A stretch of 64,000 nucleotides of DNA from a virus. The stretch is taken from IMG/VR virus record IMGVR_UViG_3300031973_001557, positions 1-64,000 of that record; one strand, written 5' to 3'. Below, one piece after another: positions 8,239-18,737 of this stretch. The number at the start of each line of letters is the position of its first letter. Position 1 is the first letter of the stretch. The translations under genes were made by a program, and so were the position numbers. The notes under the pieces are model-generated. The model ran no database searches. It saw only the letters and a list, made by a program, of their open reading frames with translations, and was not told the origin of the DNA.

Positions 8239-8907
8239 ATGCAACAACAACCACATAGATACGAAAAATTTAGAGTAATAAATACCATTTTAATAGTAGT
8301 ATTAATTATTGTTTTACTAATGAAAGGATGTGGGGATGGTAATGGAGGTCCTACTGAACCTGTTATTATTAGAGATACTACATCTGTGGTTACTTATGAT
8401 ACAGTTACTAATGAAACAGTTAGTTACGTACCTCAATATTATGAGAGAGAAACAATAAAATATATTCATGATACAATCACCCAGATTGAATATAAAATTG
8501 AGCCAACTGATACGTCTGCCATTCTAGAAGATTACTTTGCTAAGTATTATTATGTGGATACTGTAATTCATACCGATAGTATTACTTTCATTGTATACGA
8601 TACTATTACTCAAAATCAAATAGCAGGTAGATCTTCTAAGTATAATATTTTATATCCTACTATTACAAATACAATTACTGAAAAGCATTATATTAATGCA
8701 AGAGAGCTATATTTAGGATTTAATACAGGCTTTATAGTTAAACCCTTTAATTTAGCTAACGCTAATTTAGGAGTATTATTACGAACTAAAAGAAGATATA
8801 TTATAGGATTAAATGGAGGAGTTCAATTTAGTCATGATAATGGTAATTTTATAAATACTACACCTTATTTAGGAGTTAGTTATTATCAAAAACTTACAAA
8901 AAAATAG
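8239..8907 (+). CDS. N-terminally anchored membrane or lipoprotein (spanin-like candidate)
   Basis: Hydrophobic helix then KGC; repeated D-T/S-[IVT] motifs; beta-rich aromatic C-terminus. Confidence 0.6.
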   Translation: MQQQPHRYEKFRVINTILIVVLIIVLLMKGCGDGNGGPTEPVIIRDTTSVVTYDTVTNETVSYVPQYYERETIKYIHDTITQIEYKIEPTDTSAILEDYFAKYYYVDTVIHTDSITFIVYDTITQNQIAGRSSKYNILYPTITNTITEKHYINARELYLGFNTGFIVKPFNLANANLGVLLRTKRRYIIGLNGGVQFSHDNGNFINTTPYLGVSYYQKLTKK

Positions 8908-10475
8908 TGTCGGATATTAAACAAATAATTAAGCAAGAATATATAAAGTGCGCAACTGATCCTGTACACTTTATGAAGAAGTATTGCTTTATCCAACACC
9001 CTCAAAGAGGTAAAATTAATTTTCATTTATATCCTTTTCAAGAAAGAGTAATGACATTATGGAAAGATAATCCATATTCTATTATTCTTAAATCAAGACA
9101 GTTAGGTATTTCAACATTAGGTGCAGGATATGCATTATGGTTAATGTCTTTCTTTGAAAATAAAAATGTATTAGCATTAGCAACAACCCAGGCAACAGCA
9201 CGTAACTTAGTTACTAAAGTGCAATTTATGTATAATAATTTACCTTCATGGTTAAAAGTTGATAATGTAGAAAATAATAAATTATCTTTAAGATTAAAGA
9301 ATGGTTCAAGAATTCAAGCTAAATCTTCTTCTCCAGATGCAGCTCGTTCAGAAGCAGTATCTCTATTGATTGTTGATGAGGCTGCATTTATTGATAATAT
9401 TGGTGAGACCTGGGCAGCAGCTCAACAAACACTAGCAACAGGTGGTGGTGCATTAGTTTTATCTACTCCATATGGTGTAGGAAATTGGTTTCATAAAATG
9501 TGGGTTAGTGCACAAGAAGGTACTAATAATTTTTTACCTATAAAATTACCCTGGGATGTACATCCAGAAAGAGATCAAGAATGGAGAGATAGACAAGATT
9601 TATTATTAGGAGATCCTAAAAAAGCTGCTCAAGAATGCGATTGTGATTTTAATACTTCCGGTGATACAGTCTTTCCAGCTAATCAATTAACTCATATTAC
9701 AGAAGAAACTACCGTAAACCCACAAGAAAAAAGAGGTATTGATAAATCATTATGGGTATGGGAGCCGGTAGATTATTCTAAAAATTATATAGTAGCTGCT
9801 GATGTAGCGAGAGGAGATGGTCAAGATTACTCAGCATTTCATATTATTGATATAGCTTCTAATACTCAGGTTGCTGAATATAAAGGTAAGTTACCAACAT
9901 TGGATTTTGGTAATTTATTAGTTTCTATTGCGACTGAGTATAATAATGCTTTATTAGTAGTAGAGAACTCAACTATTGGATGGGCAGTTATTCAAGCAAT
10001 CCAACAAAGAGGATATAGAAATTTATATCATTCACCGAAGGGAGGTAGCGTAACGGTTGAATCTTTCTTTTCTGAATGGTCCGATCATAGTAAGCTTACC
10101 CCTGGGTTCTCAATGAATCTAAAAACTAGACCATTAGCTATCTCTAAATTTTTAGAATTTGTTAACGATAGAAGTGTTACTATTAAATCTAAAAGATTAT
10201 TAGAGGAAATGAAAACATTTGTATGGAGAAATGGAAAAGCTGCTTCACAAGAAGGATATAATGATGACTTAGTTATGTCATTTGCTATTGCAATGTTTAT
10301 GAGAGATATATCACTAGCTTATAAGTCACAATCCACTGATATGTCAAAAACTTTATTAAACGGAATAGTTAACAGTAAAAATAACAATATTTATACAAAT
10401 AATAGTATGGTAAGAAATCCATACGAAGTAGATTTAGATAAAGACAAAGGTCACGATATAAAGTGGCTTTTATAA
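8907..10475 (+). CDS. terL: Terminase large subunit (T4 gp17-like)
   Basis: KSRQLGIST Walker A, LLIVDEAAF Walker B, LSTP motif, ADVARG and NDDLVM nuclease motifs; GTG start. Confidence 0.95.
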   Translation: MSDIKQIIKQEYIKCATDPVHFMKKYCFIQHPQRGKINFHLYPFQERVMTLWKDNPYSIILKSRQLGISTLGAGYALWLMSFFENKNVLALATTQATARNLVTKVQFMYNNLPSWLKVDNVENNKLSLRLKNGSRIQAKSSSPDAARSEAVSLLIVDEAAFIDNIGETWAAAQQTLATGGGALVLSTPYGVGNWFHKMWVSAQEGTNNFLPIKLPWDVHPERDQEWRDRQDLLLGDPKKAAQECDCDFNTSGDTVFPANQLTHITEETTVNPQEKRGIDKSLWVWEPVDYSKNYIVAADVARGDGQDYSAFHIIDIASNTQVAEYKGKLPTLDFGNLLVSIATEYNNALLVVENSTIGWAVIQAIQQRGYRNLYHSPKGGSVTVESFFSEWSDHSKLTPGFSMNLKTRPLAISKFLEFVNDRSVTIKSKRLLEEMKTFVWRNGKAASQEGYNDDLVMSFAIAMFMRDISLAYKSQSTDMSKTLLNGIVNSKNNNIYTNNSMVRNPYEVDLDKDKGHDIKWLL

Positions 10476-10484
10476 ATTTAAAAT

Positions 10485-12443
10485 ATGGCTGATATTAATA
10501 ATCCAATGCCACCATACGAAGATGGTAAGAATGAAGGTCAAATGGGACCTCAAACAGGTATTTTTGCAACTCTTAGAAGACTATTTTCTACTGATGTAGT
10601 AATTAGAAATGCAGGTGGTAAAGAATTAACTGTAGTTGATAGTGATCATATCCAATCATATGGTAAATATGATACTAATGCATTAGTTGATAGATTTAAT
10701 AGAATTTATACATCTGGTCCTACTTCATTATATGGATATCAAAGTAATTTTAATTATCAATTATTAAGACCACAATTATACTCTGAATATGATGTAATGG
10801 ATACTGATGCTATTATAGCTTCAGCCCTTGATATAGTAGCTGATGAATCAACTTTAAAAAATGATATGGGGGAGGTATTGCAAATACAATCTTCCGATGA
10901 TGATATTCAACAAATATTATATAACTTATTTTATGATATATTAAATATTGAATTTAATATGTGGCCATGGGTAAGAAATATGTGTAAATATGGAGACTTT
11001 TTTCTTAAATTAGAAATATCTGAAAAATATGGTGTATATAATGTTATACCATATTCAGCATTTCATATTGAAAGGCAAGAAGGATGGAATAGAGATAATC
11101 CATCAGAGGTAAGATTTAAGTATTTTCCACAAGGCATATCTCAAGGTCAAACAGGATACTATAATGTAATGGGAGCAGGATCAGAGGATAATAAAAACCA
11201 AATTATTCTCGATAACTATGAAGTAGCTCACTTTAGACTATTAACTGATACAAATTACTTACCATATGGTAGAAGTTATTTAGAACCTGGTCGCAAATTA
11301 TTCAAGCAATATACTTTAATGGAGGATGCAATGTTAATCCACCGTATAGTAAGAGCTCCTGAAAAAAGAATTTTTTATATTAATATTGGTAATATTGCTC
11401 CTAACGAAGTTGATAATTTCATGCAAAAAGTAGTTTCAAAAATAAAAAGAACTCCTTATATGGATGAACAAACTGGAGAATATAATCTAAAATACAATTT
11501 ACAAAATCAATTAGAAGATTTCTATATACCAGTGCGTGGTAATGATGCTGCTACAAAAATTGAAACAACTAAAGGTTTAGAATATGACGGTATTCAAGAT
11601 GTAGCTTATTTAAGAGAAAAATTATTTGCTGCATTAAAAGTTCCTAAAGCATTTATGGGTTATGATGAAAACTTAGATGGTAAAGCAACTTTAGCAGCAC
11701 AAGATATTAGATTTGCAAGAACAGTTGAAAGGATTCAAAGAATTATAGTGTCTGAACTATACAAAATAGCATTTGTTCATTTATATACATTAGGATATAG
11801 AGATGATAATTTAACTAATTTTAAATTATCTGCAACTACTCCATCAATTATTTATGATCAGGAAAGAGTTGCACTACTAAAAGAAAAAGTAGACTTAGCA
11901 AATCAAATAAAAGATAATAATCTATTACCAACTGATTGGATTTATGAAAATATATTCCATTTTGGAGAAGAAGAGTATCAAGAATATAGAGATTTACAAA
12001 TCGAAGATGCAAAGCGTAAGTTTAGATTATCTCAAGTAGAAGCAGAAGGTAATGATCCTGTTAAAACTGGTAAATCGTATGGTACTCCTCATGATTTAGC
12101 ATCATTATATGGTCCAGGAAGATATGGGCAAAAACAAGAAGTACCAAAAGGTTATGATGAAGAAAACCCAGAGGGTAGACCAAAAGAAAGAGCATCTACT
12201 ATAGGTACTCAAAATAATAACTTTGGTAGAGATCCGTTAGGAAGTGGAGGCGTTAAGAATGATGTAAATGATAATGGACGTATAAATCCTAATGCAAAGA
12301 AATTCAAATTTAGTCAAGCAGAAGCTAAAGTAAATAATTTATCTAACAATGGTTTATTTAATCGTTTAGATTCTAAAAAACGCGTAATCTTAAAAGAAGA
12401 AGATGGGTTATTAGATGAAAATAATATTTTAAATAACGATTAA
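10485..12443 (+). CDS. Portal protein (T4 gp20-like)
   Basis: LMEDAMLIHRIVRAPEKRIFYI, EDFYIPVRG, LFAALKVP; follows terL. Confidence 0.93.
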   Translation: MADINNPMPPYEDGKNEGQMGPQTGIFATLRRLFSTDVVIRNAGGKELTVVDSDHIQSYGKYDTNALVDRFNRIYTSGPTSLYGYQSNFNYQLLRPQLYSEYDVMDTDAIIASALDIVADESTLKNDMGEVLQIQSSDDDIQQILYNLFYDILNIEFNMWPWVRNMCKYGDFFLKLEISEKYGVYNVIPYSAFHIERQEGWNRDNPSEVRFKYFPQGISQGQTGYYNVMGAGSEDNKNQIILDNYEVAHFRLLTDTNYLPYGRSYLEPGRKLFKQYTLMEDAMLIHRIVRAPEKRIFYINIGNIAPNEVDNFMQKVVSKIKRTPYMDEQTGEYNLKYNLQNQLEDFYIPVRGNDAATKIETTKGLEYDGIQDVAYLREKLFAALKVPKAFMGYDENLDGKATLAAQDIRFARTVERIQRIIVSELYKIAFVHLYTLGYRDDNLTNFKLSATTPSIIYDQERVALLKEKVDLANQIKDNNLLPTDWIYENIFHFGEEEYQEYRDLQIEDAKRKFRLSQVEAEGNDPVKTGKSYGTPHDLASLYGPGRYGQKQEVPKGYDEENPEGRPKERASTIGTQNNNFGRDPLGSGGVKNDVNDNGRINPNAKKFKFSQAEAKVNNLSNNGLFNRLDSKKRVILKEEDGLLDENNILNND

Positions 12444-12468
12444 ATATTTATAATAATAAATAAATATA

Positions 12469-13311
12469 ATGGCTAAACATTCGAAGTATAAAAATACAGG
12501 TATAATTTTTGAATTACTTGTAAGGCAGCTTACCGAAGATACCATAAATCAGAGATCAAGCAAATGTCAATCTCTTATTAAAAAATATTTTAATAAATCT
12601 ACTTTACTTTCTGAGTATAAACTATATAAAAGAATAGTAGAAAAAAAAGAAGATACAGAGGCTAGAGCTAATTTAATAATTGAATCAACTATTAAATACT
12701 CTGAAAAAATTAATTTAGAAGAGAATCGAAAATTAAAATATAATTTAATTAAAGAAATCTCTAATCATTATGATGTAAAAGAATTTTTTAATCATAATAT
12801 TCCAAACTATAAACCGTATGCAGCTTTATATTGTTTAATGGAAGATAATAGATTAGATAATAGTGATTATGAAACTACTTTAAAGAATAAAATTACTTTA
12901 GTAGAACATATTACTCAAAAAACAGAAACTAAAAGAGTAAATAATCAATTATCTGATTTTTTAGCAGAAGATAAAGATACAAGAAAATTAGTTTATCAAG
13001 TACTTTTACAGGAATTTAATTCTAAATATGATGGTTTACTTGATACACAAAAACAAGCTTTAAGAGAAATTCTTAATAATATTGATAATAAAGAAAGATT
13101 AAAATCATTTTATAATTTAAAAATAAATGAAATTAAATCGGATCTTAAACAAGCTATTCCTAATATAACTGATAAAGTAATTAAAATTAAAGTTAATACT
13201 TTAGCTGATCTTTTAAAAGAGGCAAGAGTTTATAAGGAAGTTAATGACGAGTCAATAGCTAGACTTCTAAAATATTATGAATTACTTAAAGATATAGAGC
13301 ATGGAGTCTAA
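12469..13311 (+). CDS. Conserved head-module protein (prohead core candidate)
   Basis: 280-aa helical ORF between portal and protease; preceded by TATTTATA at 12445. Confidence 0.7.
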   Translation: MAKHSKYKNTGIIFELLVRQLTEDTINQRSSKCQSLIKKYFNKSTLLSEYKLYKRIVEKKEDTEARANLIIESTIKYSEKINLEENRKLKYNLIKEISNHYDVKEFFNHNIPNYKPYAALYCLMEDNRLDNSDYETTLKNKITLVEHITQKTETKRVNNQLSDFLAEDKDTRKLVYQVLLQEFNSKYDGLLDTQKQALREILNNIDNKERLKSFYNLKINEIKSDLKQAIPNITDKVIKIKVNTLADLLKEARVYKEVNDESIARLLKYYELLKDIEHGV

Positions 13312-13549
13312 ATTAAGAGAAAGAATTAGAGGCTTGATTAGATTAGATGAAGTATCTGCAACTGCTACAGGAGCCGGATCTTCCGCCTTTACAGCTAATG
13401 CTGGAACTGGTGCACAATATGCAACTCCACGAGCTTTTAGAAAAGATAAAGACGCTAAAGGAGCTGAACATATTTATTATTATAAATTAGGTTTTAAACC
13501 GGTGCCAAAAATTAAACCAAGGTCTTACGACATAAAAAAAATATATTAA
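13301..13549 (+). CDS. Small probable prohead core or internal protein
   Basis: LRERIRGLIRLDE leader, then Gly/Ala-rich and YATP segments. Confidence 0.7.
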   Translation: MESKLRERIRGLIRLDEVSATATGAGSSAFTANAGTGAQYATPRAFRKDKDAKGAEHIYYYKLGFKPVPKIKPRSYDIKKIY

Positions 13550-14337
13550 TGAGCTCATTACAGAATCAATATAATAGTATAAAAAAAGGAAAAGGAAATA
13601 AAGATGGACTATTAAGAGAATCCAAAAGATTATTTCCAAATTATATTCCTAACTCTGCTAATTATAATCAAGCTATAGATATTTTAAAATCTAGACAAAT
13701 TATAAATGAAAACGTTGTAGGACTTCAACCTATTAATCAACTTCAACCTGCTAAAAAAGAAAACTTCGAAAAAGCATTCGAAAAATTTTTAGCAGAAGAA
13801 ACAGTAGATGCAAAAGCAACTGAAAGAAAACAATCTAAATTAGTGGATGAGCCTTTATCACATCAGTATCCATATCAAGAAAAAGATAGATTAGATAATC
13901 AAATATTTGATCAAATTATGTCTGGATATTATACTGAGATGAAAGATCCTAAAAATACTGATAAAACTGAAGAAGAATTAAAAGCAATTGTTCTTAAGAA
14001 TCTTGAAAAAGATCCATTATATTATACTAAAGAAGCACAATTTGGTATTAAAGGTCTCGGATATAGAGATGACGTACCTGGTGCAGGTTTAGTAAAAGAA
14101 CCAACTGGAAAGTATAAAGCTTCTGGATATGGTGATCTAAAAGAGAGTAAACAAGTAACTGAAGCTTCTTCAATGCCAAGCGAAGAATTATTATCTTTAT
14201 TAGATGATATGTTAGAAGATTTAGTTGATAATTCTGTTGACGCAGAACAAGCAGTAAAAAAAGTAATCAGTATGAATCCTGCACTTAAGCATTATGAAAC
14301 TGCACTTTTACAATTAGCTGAACCAAAATTCCCATGA
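13549..14337 (+). CDS. Probable prohead core or internal protein
   Basis: INE, LAE, LKE and VTE sites; segment shared with ORF 4267. Confidence 0.7.
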   Translation: MSSLQNQYNSIKKGKGNKDGLLRESKRLFPNYIPNSANYNQAIDILKSRQIINENVVGLQPINQLQPAKKENFEKAFEKFLAEETVDAKATERKQSKLVDEPLSHQYPYQEKDRLDNQIFDQIMSGYYTEMKDPKNTDKTEEELKAIVLKNLEKDPLYYTKEAQFGIKGLGYRDDVPGAGLVKEPTGKYKASGYGDLKESKQVTEASSMPSEELLSLLDDMLEDLVDNSVDAEQAVKKVISMNPALKHYETALLQLAEPKFP

Positions 14338-14924
14338 AGCAAGTTTTAGTAGAAACGATTAATTTTTCACCTGTTAGAGCACTAACAGAGTCAAAATCTC
14401 ATAGAGGTAATCCTATAGTAGAAGGAATACTTGCTACAGTAGAGACTGTAAACGAGAACGGTCGTTTTTATAAAAAGTCTATTTGGGATAGAGAAGTAGA
14501 TAAATATAAAGTACTAATAGCGGAAAAAAGAGCATTAGGAGAATTAGATCATCCTGATTCTATGAATATAAATTTAAAAAATGTTTGTCATAATATTGTA
14601 GATTTATATTGGGATGGTAAAAATATAATGGGTAAATTAGAAATCTTACCAACACCATCAGGTCAAATAGTAAAAAATCTAATTGATAATGGAATTACTT
14701 TAGGAGTATCTTCTAGAGGAACAGGTACATTACAACAAAGAGATGGTGTAAATGAAGTACAAGATGACTTTGAGCTATTATGTTGGGACTTTGTATCTAC
14801 ACCATCTAATCCAGGATCATTTGTACATCCTATAAGAGAATCAAAAGAATTTAAATCTACTCCTATTACAATACATAATACTATTTCTGAACTATTATGT
14901 ATGCACGGTCAGTGCGAAATATAA
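14334..14924 (+). CDS. Prohead protease (T4 gp21-like)
   Basis: NENGRFY, ALGELDHP, GVSSRG (catalytic Ser), WDFVSTPS. Confidence 0.93.
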   Translation: MKQVLVETINFSPVRALTESKSHRGNPIVEGILATVETVNENGRFYKKSIWDREVDKYKVLIAEKRALGELDHPDSMNINLKNVCHNIVDLYWDGKNIMGKLEILPTPSGQIVKNLIDNGITLGVSSRGTGTLQQRDGVNEVQDDFELLCWDFVSTPSNPGSFVHPIRESKEFKSTPITIHNTISELLCMHGQCEI

Positions 14925-14942
14925 TTTTTATATTTTTAACTA

Positions 14943-14974
14943 TATTTATATTATATCACCATCCTAATATGGTG
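14943..14974 (+). promoter_or_regulatory. Late promoter plus 5' hairpin of the scaffold-capsid transcript
   Basis: TATTTATA at 14943-14950, then CACCAT-cctaat-ATGGTG at 14957-14974. Confidence 0.45.
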
Positions 14975-15036
14975 TAACTAATATTATATTAATACTATTA
15001 TATCTCTACTAGATATAGAATTTCAAAACATTTATT

Positions 15037-16167
15037 ATGGCAACATCTGATATGTTAAGACAAGCTATTGCTGATGCTAAAATTATTAAAGAGACAGCAA
15101 TTGCTAATGCTAAAAACGCATTAGAAGAGGCATTTACGCCTAAGTTAAAAGAACTTCTTTCTGAGAAAATTGAAGAAATGGATATGGAAGAAGAAATGGA
15201 TGAGGGTATGTATTCTGAAGAAGAAAAGATGCACGAAAAAGATATGCACGAAGGTGACATGGATGAAGAAATGCATAAAGAAGAAATGCATAAAGAAGAA
15301 ATGCATAAAGAAGAAACATCTGAACCTCATGGTAATATTGGTCAACATACCCCAGAAGGAGAACCTCTTGGTTTTCTAGAAGGAGATATGGAAGAAGAAA
15401 TGACTGAAGAAGATCTCGAAGAAATGCTTAAAGAGATGGAGAAAGAAATGCATGAAGGTGATATGGAAGAAGGTGAAAAGATGCATGAAAAAGATGACAT
15501 GCATGAAGAGAAAGATATGCACGAAGGTGACATGGATGAAGAAAAACATCACGAAGAAAAACATCACGAAGAAAAAATGCATGAAGAAATGGATGAAGAA
15601 AAACATCACGAAGAAAAAATGCATGAAGAAGTATCTGATGAAGATTTAATGGATCTTATTAAAGATGTAGTTAAATCTATGGCAGATGCAGGCGAGCTAG
15701 AAGGTGTAGAAGTTGAATTTGATGAAACTGAAGAAGAAGGTGAAGAAGAAGAAATGGAAGCACCAGAAACTGAAGAAGAAGAAACGGAAGAGCTTGCTGA
15801 AATGAGAAAAGAAAACGCTGAATTAAAAGAAGCTGTAGAGTTTCTAACAACTCAGCTTAATGAAATTAACGTACTTAATGCTAAATTACTTTACGTTAAC
15901 AAAATTTTCAAAGCTAAAAACTTGTCAGAAAGTAAAAAAGTTAAGCTATTATCTCAATTCGATGGAGCTAGTTCCATCAAAGAGGTGAAATTAGTTTATA
16001 ATACTGTAGTGGCAAATCTAGCAGAGGAAACTAAAGTTACTAAAAAGACGTCTTTGAAAGAAGGTGTAGGTAGAGCGTCAAAACCTAGCGGAGTTTCAAG
16101 TAGAAAGCCAATTGTAAATGTTGATCCAACAATTGCAAGGTTTCAAAAACTCGCAGGTATTAGATAA
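15037..16167 (+). CDS. Prohead scaffolding/core protein (T4 gp22 analogue)
   Basis: Between protease and capsid; very acidic, with E/M/H repeats and a C-terminal RFQKLAGI. Confidence 0.85.
   Translation: MATSDMLRQAIADAKIIKETAIANAKNALEEAFTPKLKELLSEKIEEMDMEEEMDEGMYSEEEKMHEKDMHEGDMDEEMHKEEMHKEEMHKEETSEPHGNIGQHTPEGEPLGFLEGDMEEEMTEEDLEEMLKEMEKEMHEGDMEEGEKMHEKDDMHEEKDMHEGDMDEEKHHEEKHHEEKMHEEMDEEKHHEEKMHEEVSDEDLMDLIKDVVKSMADAGELEGVEVEFDETEEEGEEEEMEAPETEEEETEELAEMRKENAELKEAVEFLTTQLNEINVLNAKLLYVNKIFKAKNLSESKKVKLLSQFDGASSIKEVKLVYNTVVANLAEETKVTKKTSLKEGVGRASKPSGVSSRKPIVNVDPTIARFQKLAGIR
15225..15630 (+). repeat. In-frame 15-nt-unit repeats in the scaffold gene
   Basis: GAAGAAATGCATAAA x3, repeated GAAGAAAAACATCAC, and duplicated GATATGCACGAAGGTGACATGGATGAAGAA. 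Confidence 0.85.
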
Positions 16168-16184
16168 TTTTTTAACAAATAACA

Positions 16185-17897
16185 ATGGCAAATTTAATTA
16201 ACAACTTGTTAGAAAGCTCTGCTTCAGGATGGAAATCCATGCAGGGTGATGCGGCGCGCTTAGCCGGCAAGTGGGCTAAAACTGGTCTACTTGAAGGAAT
16301 TGAAGGCGAAGTAGAGCGCAATAATATGGCTATGATTCTTGAGAATCAGGCTAAACAACTCGTAGTTGAGCAATCATCTACACAAGGAGGTTCAGCATTT
16401 ACATCTAATGCAGGAACTGGTGCTAACTGGGCAGGAATTGCTCTTCCGTTAGTAAGAAAGGTATTCGGACAAATTTCTTCTAAAGAGTTTGTTTCCGTAC
16501 AACCTATGAACTTACCTTCAGGTCTTGTATTCTTTCTAGACTTCCAATATGGTGGTACAGGAGATGCAACAAATAAAACATTTACAGCTGGAGGTAATGT
16601 ATTCGAATCAGGATCTATGTATGGTCTTACTGATTCAGGAGGAGGTGATCCATCGGAAGGTCTTTATGGAGCAGGTAGATTTGGTTATTCATTAAACCAG
16701 TTCTCTTCTTCAAACTTGACTTTCCATTCTGGATCTACTTCAACTTATGCTGTTAATACAGCATCTCTTGCTGTTTGGGCTGACGTTCAGTATAATTCTG
16801 ATCTTTCAGCTTCAGTTGCAGCAGGTGAACTTACTAAGATTGTTGTAGATGCATCTGATTTAACTACTCCAGATCTTAGAGCAGTAAGATCATTTGTACT
16901 TACATCTGGTTCAAGCTTAACAAATATTGCTAATTCATTACCAAAGTATACTACTACTAGAGATAATGATACTAAAGTAGTATTTGTATTTGATAATCAG
17001 ATCCGTACGATTATGAAAGATACTCGTACTGATTATAACTGTTTCTTCTATAAGCAGCCTGAAGATAATTCAAGAGGTGATTTTGAAGATAATTCAGGTG
17101 CAGGTCGTCCTAATGCAAGAACACAAGCTACTGATGCATTAAATATTCCTCAAGTAGATGTGAAGCTTAAGTCTGAAGGTATTATTGCTAAGACTCGTAA
17201 GCTTAAAGCACAATGGACTCCTGAATTCGCTCAAGATTTGAATGCTTATCAAGCACTTGATGCAGAAGCTGAATTGACATCTATTATGTCTGAGTATATT
17301 GCACTTGAGATTGATCTTGAGATTCTTGATATGCTTATTGTAGATGCAACTGCTGCTGACGAGTATTGGTATGCTACTAATAACCGAGCTCTAAATTCAA
17401 CTAAAACTGGATACGATGATGCTGGATTTTATAATACTCAAGGTCAATGGTTCCAAACTTTAGGAACTAAGATGCAAAAAGTATCTAATAAAATCCATCA
17501 GAAAACGTTAAGAGGAGGAGCTAATTTTGTAGTAACTTCACCAACTGTAGCAACAATTCTTGAGTCTATCCCAGGATTTGCTTCTGCAGGTAATGGAGAT
17601 GCTGCTGCAGCTACTTATGCTTTCGGTATTCAAAAAGTGGGACAACTTAATAACAGATATACTGTTTATAAGAACCCATATATGAATGAAGGATTAATCT
17701 TAATGGGATATAGAGGATCTCAATTCCTTGAAACTGGTGCTACTTTTGCTCCATATATTCCATTGATCATGACTCCTTTAGTATACGATCCAGAAACCTT
17801 CACACCACGTAAAGGTCTATTGACTCGATATGCTAAGAAAATGATTCGTCCAGAATTTTATGGTCGTATCTTTGTCAACGACTTGAACGTACTTTAA
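16185..17897 (+). CDS. Major capsid protein (T4 gp23-like)
   Basis: VSVQPMNLPSGLVF, TRKLKAQWTPEFAQDL, FAPYIPL, GLLTRY. Confidence 0.96.
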   Translation: MANLINNLLESSASGWKSMQGDAARLAGKWAKTGLLEGIEGEVERNNMAMILENQAKQLVVEQSSTQGGSAFTSNAGTGANWAGIALPLVRKVFGQISSKEFVSVQPMNLPSGLVFFLDFQYGGTGDATNKTFTAGGNVFESGSMYGLTDSGGGDPSEGLYGAGRFGYSLNQFSSSNLTFHSGSTSTYAVNTASLAVWADVQYNSDLSASVAAGELTKIVVDASDLTTPDLRAVRSFVLTSGSSLTNIANSLPKYTTTRDNDTKVVFVFDNQIRTIMKDTRTDYNCFFYKQPEDNSRGDFEDNSGAGRPNARTQATDALNIPQVDVKLKSEGIIAKTRKLKAQWTPEFAQDLNAYQALDAEAELTSIMSEYIALEIDLEILDMLIVDATAADEYWYATNNRALNSTKTGYDDAGFYNTQGQWFQTLGTKMQKVSNKIHQKTLRGGANFVVTSPTVATILESIPGFASAGNGDAAAATYAFGIQKVGQLNNRYTVYKNPYMNEGLILMGYRGSQFLETGATFAPYIPLIMTPLVYDPETFTPRKGLLTRYAKKMIRPEFYGRIFVNDLNVL

Positions 17898-17921
17898 TAT
17901 AATCGTTTAAGTTAGGAAATT

Positions 17922-17950
17922 AGGGGGGACTTCGGTCCCCTCTTTTTTTT
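17922..17950 (+). terminator. Rho-independent terminator with cUUCGg tetraloop
   Basis: AGGGGGGAC-TTCG-GTCCCCTCT followed by a T run. Confidence 0.92.
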
Positions 17951-18045
17951 GTATATAGGTTATACCTCTTATGAGAATTTTTAATATTTTTTTATGTTCA
18001 TATCTTTTGCTATTAATCTATTTATTAATAACTTAACTGTTTTAA

Positions 18046-18711
18046 ATGAATACAAATAATAATAGTTCTCAAAAAAGGAAACCAAAGAATCCAATTAAAT
18101 TTAAACTACAACTTACTGAAGAACAAAAACTAGGAAAAGCTACTATCTTAGATAATAAGATTACAGTTGTTACAGGTAAAGCGGGATCTTCTAAAACTTT
18201 TTTATGTTGTAATGTAGCTTTAGATTTATTATTTACAAAGCAGATCGAAAAAATTGTTATTATGCGACCTATGGTTGGTACTGAAGATATAGGACATTTA
18301 CCTGGAGATATTAATGATAAAATGCAACCCTGGATGACTCCTATTATAGAAAATATGTATGATTTATATGATAAAACGAAAATAGAAAAAGAAATAGTAG
18401 AGGGTCGTATTCGAATTTTACCTTTACAATTTACACAAGGAGTAACATTTAGAAACTCTGCAGTAATAGTTGATGAAGCACAAAATTGTACAAAAGAACA
18501 ATTAAAAATGATTCTTACTAGAACTGGTATAGATTCTAAAATAATGATTGCAGGAGATCCTCAACAAATACAAATAAGAAGAAAATCAGATTCAGGATTA
18601 TCAAAATTAATAGATGTAGCAGAAAGAATTGATAAATTAGCTTTAATTCATTTAACTTCTAATTATAGAGATCCTATAGTAGAGCAAATTATAGATGAAT
18701 ACGATAATTAA
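18046..18711 (+). CDS. phoH: PhoH-family ATPase
   Basis: GKAGSSKT, IGHLPGD, IVDEAQN, GDPQQ. Confidence 0.92.
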   Translation: MNTNNNSSQKRKPKNPIKFKLQLTEEQKLGKATILDNKITVVTGKAGSSKTFLCCNVALDLLFTKQIEKIVIMRPMVGTEDIGHLPGDINDKMQPWMTPIIENMYDLYDKTKIEKEIVEGRIRILPLQFTQGVTFRNSAVIVDEAQNCTKEQLKMILTRTGIDSKIMIAGDPQQIQIRRKSDSGLSKLIDVAERIDKLALIHLTSNYRDPIVEQIIDEYDN

Positions 18712-18737
18712 GATACTTATAATAATAAACTATAAGT

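Noticed and set aside
15009-15649. Several overlapping alternative-frame and minus-strand ORFs over the scaffold gene
   Set aside because: By-products of the GAA/ATG/CAT repeats, which lack stops in other frames; low-complexity translations.
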